A stretch of 64,000 nt of DNA, from NCBI GenBank assembly GCA_043228905.1, contig JBHGNT010000021.1, positions 6,820,001 to 6,884,000 of the forward strand. Reading direction: 5' to 3'. The position numbers were made by a program, and so were the translations under genes. This DNA is from Azolla caroliniana. Lineage: Eukaryota > Plantae > Polypodiophyta. A model generated the notes under the pieces. It was not told the DNA's origin, ran no database searches, and saw nothing but the letters and a program-made list of their open reading frames with translations. Below, piece after piece: positions 56,470 to 64,000 of this stretch; position 1 is the stretch's first letter; every line of letters starts with the position of its first letter.

Positions 56470-56960
56470 CTCCCTAGGATTGTTCCTATCGTCTTGCCAT
56501 TGGTGGGAGCTGCGTTCTCGGGTCGGTTGACCATGTCGTCCTTGGCCGAGTCCCCCTCTATTTCCTTGGCCGAATCCTCCTCTATAATCCGACTAGGAGT
56601 AGAGCATCTGACCGTCTGGTGTGTTGCTCCTTTGTCAAGCATGATTTTCCTCCACCAATAGTATAGATTGAAGGTCGAAAAAGCAAGGAGGATCTCCCTT
56701 ACGAGAATGGCTGATTTGATCATGTTGCATCATGGTGCTAAACCGTTGAGGCATATTTGCATCATTTCGTCATCGTTGATGATGACATTGATTGGAGGGC
56801 ATCACATAGCTCCTTGATTTTCAAGGTATAGCCGGTGATCGACACATCCCTTTGTTGTATGTTGTTAACTCCTATCAGAGTTGGAGCTTTCGTGCAGTTG
56901 TGTTGGCTGCAAAAATCTTCTTCTACTTGTTTCTCAACGTGCACAGTGTGTACCATTAGA
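56470..56960 (-). pseudogene. copia gag remnant (host of copia D)
   Basis: NNIQQRDVSITGYTLKIKELCDAL..DDDEMMQICLNGL, a copia UBN2-like gag motif. Confidence 0.65.
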
Positions 56961-59900
56961 CAATATGACTATCTTAAAAGGAACTCAAGGTGATCAATTC
57001 CAACATTTGGTATCAGAGCCAGGTTCACTTCCGTCATCAACCACCTCACGTTTCTTTGTTTTCTAAGAGAATAAAGTGCCCAAATTTTATGAAGACTTCA
57101 CCATTATGATCTCCTTGTTCTCACAAACCCATAGCACTTTCCTATTAAACATTTGGATCGACACAATGAGATGCAAGTGTTGTAGACACAAGAAGTCCTA
57201 GCCATGAGGGAAGCAAATAAGTTTTGTCGAAAGAAGAAATATGACTTTGACATCTGGATCATTAGAGATGAGCCTCAGGAAGTTCGATGGCATGAACTTC
57301 AATTTTTGGAAGGAGCAAATGCAAGCCTATTTGATCGTAAAAGGTGAGATAGATCCAATTGAGAATGATTTGATGGCAATTGGATATCAGTCCACAGAGT
57401 GGACAAAGCTAGATCACGTAGTGAGAGCTACAATTTGCATGCATCTCTCAGAGTCTGTGTACTACACGTTTTAGGCGTGCTGCACATACAAATTGTGGCA
57501 AACCCTATCCAACACCTGTGAGAAGAAGGTTGCGGCAACGAAAATTTATCTTATACGGTCTTTACAACCTTCGAATGGAAGAATTTTACTTGGTAACCGC
57601 ACACCTAAATGCTTATGAAAGCATCATTTCCCGATTCTCATCACAGGGAATGATGATCGATGAAGAGGCACACGAACTATTATTAATGAGCACTCTGCCA
57701 CCTTCATGGGAAACCTTTGTTACAACAGTGTGTAATTTGTCTACGTCAAACATCTTGTACGCCGTGACCACTAGTTCCATACTATCTGAAGACATTCGAC
57801 GAAAATCGTTTGTGTAGACTTCAATAGGTGTAGCCTTCACCGTACAAGCTACAACTGATTGGTCATACAACCAAAGCCGCAGTTCATCTCAAGGACCAAA
57901 TAACTCGAGGAACCAAAGTAAGTCTGGGACACGAGAATATGCAACTATTGCAAGAAGCCAAGACACATAAAAGTCGAATGTCGAGCCTTGAAGGCCAAGA
58001 ATGATAAAGCTCAATGACTTGAGCAAAGAAATCGGACTGAAGAAGTCAATTATTGTGGCTCAACTTCTATGATTGGAAGGACTGTAGAGGATATGAACAT
58101 TCTCGGCATAGAAAGCACAATCGAAGTAGAGGTTCTGCTGACAACCGAAGAAGCCACTAGCTAGCCCCCTAATTCTGGTGCCTCCTACCATGTCACTCCA
58201 TTCTTATCTCAGTTCCGACAATACGTAGAACAAGACCTCAAACTAGTTCATGTCGAAAACTCACAGCATTGCGTTGTGATTGGCATTGGCACAGTAGAGC
58301 TCAATATTCTCGGAGACTCTACTCTTGTACTAGTGTTCATGATGTACGACATGTTCCCGAACTTAGCCGATCACTGATCTCAGTTGGACAACTCAACAAA
58401 GCTGGTAGTCATGCTAGCTTCTCAACCATAGGGTTGACATTTCCATAGAGGGAACCTCCTACTTGCCCGTGGACCGAAGGTATATTCCTTGTACTCGTTA
58501 TACATCACCCTTAGAGAGAGATGGATTGTTTTTGGTAGACCTTCCAGTATCATCATTGTGGCACAGAAGACTTGGGCATTTGAGTAAATTCGGCATCACG
58601 CACCTATCCAAGGCCGGCTATATTCCCAAGCACTCTTTCTCAGATCATCAATTCTACGAACATTGCCAATACAGAAAGGCGGTTGCCGCAACACACCCAA
58701 TTAGTGCACCAAGAGAGTTGAGCCCTCTCGACTTGGTCCATTCAGATGTCTGTGGTCCCATGCCACATCGGTCGCTTGGTGGTGTGTCGTACTTTTTCAC
58801 GTTCATTAATGACGTGACTTAGACGGTGTGGGCATATCCGATTCGGACAAAAGATCCCATTTTCACGGACTTCACAAAATGGCTCGCAATGGTCGAAAAT
58901 TAGACAGATTGTAAGCTTAAGTGTCTACGATCGGATAACGGGAGAGAATACAAATGTGAAGAGTTCGTCTGGTTCTGTTGACAACACGACATCAAATGTG
59001 AATACATGGATCCGTACATTCCAAAACAGAATGGTATTGCCAAAAGAATGAATCGTACAATTCAAGAACGAATTGTTGCCATGTTGCACCCTTCTAGACA
59101 TACAAATGGCTTCTGGGCCGAAGCACTACATATGATTGTGCATATTATCAACATGTCGCCGAGTAGGCCTCTCAAATTCAAAATTCCACAAGAATTCTAT
59201 ACTGGCAGGAAACCAGATTACGAAAGCTACAAATTTTCGGATGTGAAGCATACACACTTATACCAAGAAATGAACACCGAAAACTCGAGCACGGTCATGG
59301 AAATGTATTTTCCTCAGATATGGACCTGACGGAAATTTCGGCCACATACTTTGGGATCAGACACTCGACTAGTTGTTCGAAGTTCAGACTTAGTCTTCAA
59401 CAAGTCCACGATGCACAAGGAAGCCGAACGCCAGATCCCATTACGGAGAATTACATTCTCGGATGTGACTACTCCTTCGGATAGCCCAACACAACACACA
59501 AGATCGGCTTCATGGTTAGCTGAAACTTTAGTTCTTAATATGTCTTTGACCAATACTACAAAGAGAGTTGAACCTTCAAGACATCCGAGTAGTACGACTA
59601 CTACGGATTCAGCTAGTACACCCGCAAGAAATACGAAAGTACCGAGTACAACTACATTAGAACTGGCTAGTCTAGTCTTACCCCATCGATTTGAAAGACC
59701 GTCACAACCACTTGAGAGGTTCTCTCATAGACTCTTTTTTACGGACATCGGTGAAGCGACTACATTCGAAGAAAGTACGGCATGTGCCGACTATGCTAAT
59801 TGGCAACTTGCGATGAAATCTGAGATGAATTCCCTCGAAGAGAACAAAAGTTGGAACCTTGTCAAACTTCTGAAGAATCGACGAGCATTACAGTGTAGAT

Positions 59901-60293
59901 GGGTATTCCAACTCAAAGAGATATTTGATTCGGCAAGTCGGAAGTACAAGGTTAGATTCGTTGCAACGGGATTTCGACAAGAATACAATGTGGATTTTGG
60001 CGAAATTTTCTCACTTATAGTCAAAATGACAACTCTTCAATTCTCGTCGGAGTCATTACGATAGAGCATCTGGAGCTTCTTCAACTTGATGTTAAAACAA
60101 CCTTCGTCCACGGTGATCTAGAGACGAGGAAATATACATGGAGCAACTGAAAGGCTCCGCATTGCCCGACCAAGAACATCTAATATGTCGACTCATGAAG
60201 AGTCTTTATGGCCTCAAGCAGGCACCACGACAATGGTATCGAAAGTTCGACGACCTTATACAATCCATTGGGTTTCTTAGAGTGATGAGGACC
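56960..60293 (+). mobile_element. degenerate copia (copia E, related to copia C), truncated in RT
   Basis: LTR end CAACA at 57005, PBS-Met 57008-57020, gag MSLRKFDGMNFNFWKEQMQ, LWHRRLGH, SLYGLKQAPRQWY; many stops. Confidence 0.88.
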
Positions 60294-60375
60294 AAATGTG
60301 AAACTTTGAATTTTGACCTACCTAATTTGAAAACCAAAACCGAACCACGAAACCACGGTTTTAATGGTTTAACGG

Positions 60376-60826
60376 TTTGAAAATCTCTAAAGCCGTTTAG
60401 TTTGAGCTTGAAATTTTTGTAAACAATTCGGTTTAAATGGTTTCATGGTTCGGTTCCACTTACGCTTTTGGCACAATTGGAGGAACGCGCCATCGATGGT
60501 GATGAAAGGAGGAAACGGGTCAAGGTGGAATTAAACAGTTCGGTTTTAAATGGTTTGAGTTTGACACTCTTGGAGGGAACCGAGCTGAACGGAACCATTT
60601 AAACATTTGAAAATATCTAAACCCATTTATTTTGAGCTCAAATTTTTTGTAAACAGTTTGGTTTAAATGGTTTCCTGGTTCGGTTCTGCTTACACTTTTG
60701 GCAAAAAAGGAGGAACACGCCATCGATGGTGACGCAAGGAGGAAATAGCCCAAGGTGGAACTAAACGATTGGGTTTTAAATGGTTTGAGTTTGACACTCT
60801 TGAACCGAACCGAGCTGAACGGAACT
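60376..60826. repeat. diverged 230-bp tandem duplication rich in AACCG/GGTTT motifs
   Basis: 60381 vs 60611, 60431 vs 60661 and 60491 vs 60721 align at a constant 230-bp offset. Confidence 0.8.
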
Positions 60827-60838
60827 GTTGCCGCCGAT

Positions 60839-63800
60839 TGTTACAGTTGGGAACTAGAACCATAACCTAACATGGCATACACAATGCCGTCTGCTTCTCT
60901 TGTGTGCACAAGCCTCTCTCCGAGAGTCCTTCTCAATTTATTTATTTATTTTCCAAAAAAGAGTCCTTCTCAATTAATAATATTGTGGTGTCCCTTGGAT
61001 GCAAGTGCATGCCTTCATGTTGGGTGTGCATGTGTTCCTTTGTGCCCCTTTTAGTATACCCTTGTTTAGCATGCATGCCTTCATGCTATGGTGTACATGT
61101 GTTCCGTTGAGCCACCCTTTTAGCATACCCTTGTTAGGATGCATGTAGCTAAGTAAAGCCAACCCAAATGGGTACCTTTGTACGACTATAAATTGAATAG
61201 GAACTAAGAAGCTAAGCAAGCTGGTTTGGATTCCATTTATGTGCATTTCACATAATTGGTGGAGAAGTGGGGTAAAATTCTAGCCACTATCACCTCGTTC
61301 ATGGCGTCCCAATTCCCTCCTGTCACCGTCGAAGTCGATACCCCTATGCAATCTAAGTTCCCGCAACCTCCTGAGCGGCCACCCCCCTTCCAAATGGAGC
61401 AACTCCTGCAAGTCCTCTCCAACGCCATGCTTCAAATCCGCCACACAAACCAAGCTATGCTCTCCTTCCTCTCCGCTACCAACGATCGGTCTCCAGATCG
61501 GCCAGATTCCAAGGTTCGCCCAAAGTCCTTCTCCGGCTTGCCCTCTGAGGATGTCTTAGCGTGGTTGGATCACTTTGAGATGATCTCAAGTTACCACAAA
61601 TGGGCTGACGAGCGCAAGGCTTTTGAAGTTCGCACCTTGCTCGAAAATGTCGCTGCCACTTGGTACGTACAACAAGCCAACGAAGTGATGGAGAACTAGG
61701 TGATCCTCCGGGATCTCCTCATGCAAAACTTCACCCATCAAAATTCGGCCCAGACGGCATTGCAACAACTCGAGACGTTGCAATAGCAAGTGCACGAACC
61801 AGTAGGCCAATTTGGTGTTCGCCTAAATCAGCTCCTCATTCGTGCCGATCCAACCATGCCCGAGCATGTCAAGCTTTTCTTCTTATGGCCCCGTCTGCAC
61901 CCTAACATCACTCATTGTGCCCGGGACCAAGGTCCCAAGACCTTCAACGATGCGATCCTCATTGCCCAACGTATCGAAGCTTGTACGCTATTTGACTCCC
62001 AACCATGATGGCCCCCTCCACCATCGACCAACTTGTGTGCGCATTACCAAGGAGTGACCCCCATGGACATTGACGTCCAAAACGCGTAGATGTAGACTCG
62101 CCGAAACCTTCCTAATCACGATGCCCAAGGACGCCCGAAGTGTTTCTACTACCACAATTATGGACACGTCTGACGTTATTGCCGAAAATTGCAACAACAA
62201 TCTCACAAGCAACAAGCCCAGATAACCATGGTTGACGCAGCATCGTTGGCTGAGCTTCCAAGAAACTAACTTCCGGGGTACTGATGGAAGAGCAAGCCCC
62301 CCACGTCCAAGCATCCGCCTCTTCTAGTTCTCAGGTATGCACCGCTCTCGCCACCATTAATCACTCCACACACATCATCCTATTAGACTCTGGTAGTAGT
62401 ATCTCTTCAATTAGCACTGCCTTAGTTCACCAATTAGGCCTCCCCACAACCACCGCTCCTTCCATCCAAGTCCTTTTTGGCGATCACCAACATCTATACC
62501 ACTCTCGCACACAAGCCCACTGCACCGTTACCTTAGGCACTCTCACATTCTCACACCACTTTTATGTCTCGCCCCACCAACTCTTCCCCCTCACCTTAGG
62601 TTGCGATTGGCTCCTCAAGTGTCGTGCTATGATTGATTTCGATGCTCACAAACTTATTGTCCCACAAGCTCCCCCTATCCCCCTCCTACACGATAGCCCC
62701 CATGTTCCCCACCTCAGCCATGTCATTCGTACCGGGGACGCCGCTCTCATCCGCATGGCTACACGCCGATGTTCCCCCCTCGACCACGATCGCATCGATG
62801 CTGCCATCACCGATATGCTCACCAAAGGTATTATCATTCCGTCCACCAGCGATTGGGTTTTGGAACCCCACCTCGTCAAGAAGGATGATGGCACCTTCCG
62901 CTTCTACATCGACTTTAGGCCTCTCAACAAAGTGACGATCCATGACCTCTACCCGCTCCCTCGTGTGGACGACCTCTTTGACTAGCTCGGGGGCTCCCGT
63001 TATTTCACCTCCCTTGACTTAGCCTCGGGATATTGGCAGATCCCCTTAAAGTCGTCTGACGCCCACAAGAACGCATTCCGCACACAACGTGGGCTGTTCC
63101 AGTTCACCCGCATGCCGTTTGGCCTGTTTGATGCCGGCAGCACATTCCAACGCATGGAAAACACCATCTTTGCCAACCGTATCAATAAAGACGTCCTCCT
63201 CGTTTATCTCGATGACATCCTTATCCACACGGCCACTTGGGAGGATCATCTACAAACTCTCGCTGAAGTCCTCGCTTGCATAACTAATCATAACTTGCAA
63301 CTCCAATGGAAGAAGTGTCGATGGGGAAGCACCAGCCTCCGTTTTCTCAGCTCCATCATCTCTGGCGATGGAATCCGTATGGACCCTGCAAAGGTAGTTG
63401 CCATCACCGACTACCCCCGTCCCACCTCAATAAAAACATTGCAACGTTTTTTGGGCATGATCACCTTTTCCCTTCGCTTCATCCCGAACCTCGCCTTGGT
63501 CACTTTCCCCCTCCGTCATCTCCTGAAGAAAGGTGTGTCATTCGTTTGGGATCCTGCTTGCGAAGATAGCTTTCGTCGCCTCAAAACAATGGTCCAGGAA
63601 TCAAGGTTGCTCGCCCATCCTAACTTTGACCAGCCGTTTACGTTGTAGACAGATGCCTCTAACCATGGTCATTCATTTGGGATCCTGCTTTCAAAGACAA
63701 CTTTTGTCACCTCAAAACAATGGTCCAAGAATCAGGGTTGCTCGCCCATCCTAACTTTGACCAGCCGTTTACGTTGCAGACAGATGCCTCTAACCATGGG

Positions 63801-64000
63801 TTCGGAGCCGTCCTCCTGCAGACCGATTGCCACGGGCAAGAGAAGGCGATCGCCTTCATTAGCCGAACTCTCACACCGGATGAACGGAACTACTCAACCA
63901 CTGAGAAGGAACTACTTGCGATCGTCTGGTCTTTCCAAAGTCTTCACCCATACCTTCATGGCAGGCAAGTTACGGTTGAGACTAACCACCAGCCCTTACT
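60839..64000 (+). mobile_element. degenerate gypsy element, probably tRNA-Ala primed, running off the window
   Basis: Putative LTR 60839-61252 (TG..CA), PBS TGGTGGAGAAGTGGGGTA 61257-61274, gag 61301-62269 (PKSFSG..WLDHFE), protease LLDSGS, RT (LDLASGYWQI, YLDD), RNaseH (QTDAS, NYSTTEKELLAIV); 131-bp duplication 63538-63799. Confidence 0.88.

Noticed and set aside
63538-63799. 131-bp tandem duplication in RNaseH
   Set aside because: A frame-breaking duplication in an already dead element; no sign of function.

Overview
This is eukaryotic, repeat-saturated heterochromatin-type DNA with no recognisable host protein-coding gene. It is probably from a seed-free land plant such as a fern (inference from plant-type tRNA primer sites, Tcn1-like chromoviruses and (AG)n-rich copia LTRs). 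The oldest visible layer is a decaying tandem array of tRNA-Ser(GCT) copies (7.5-9.2 kb, resuming at 19.8-20.5 kb). Stacked on it are nested retroelements. Two degenerate chromovirus-type gypsy elements lie at 1-2534 and 14470-19253. One RTEX-like LINE (about 20.9-48.1 kb) is split by an intact tRNA-Trp-primed fungal-type gypsy (21584-28612), an intact copia (28634-33987) and a degenerate copia (35069-46048), which itself holds a second intact copia (36153-41667). Further along are a Gag-only non-autonomous relative of the Trp-primed gypsy (48748-52146), more copia remnants and a tRNA-Ala-primed gypsy at the right end. The most notable signals are four. First, tRNA-like A-box/B-box cassettes sit antisense in the U3 end of the LTRs of two, possibly three, unrelated gypsy families. 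Second, the chromoviruses show a covarying self-priming site and a covarying -1 frameshift pseudoknot. Third, the Trp-primed gypsy has 4-bp target duplications, a frameshift placed after the protease, and a Gag-only partner. Fourth, two copia families appear to have swapped capsids.
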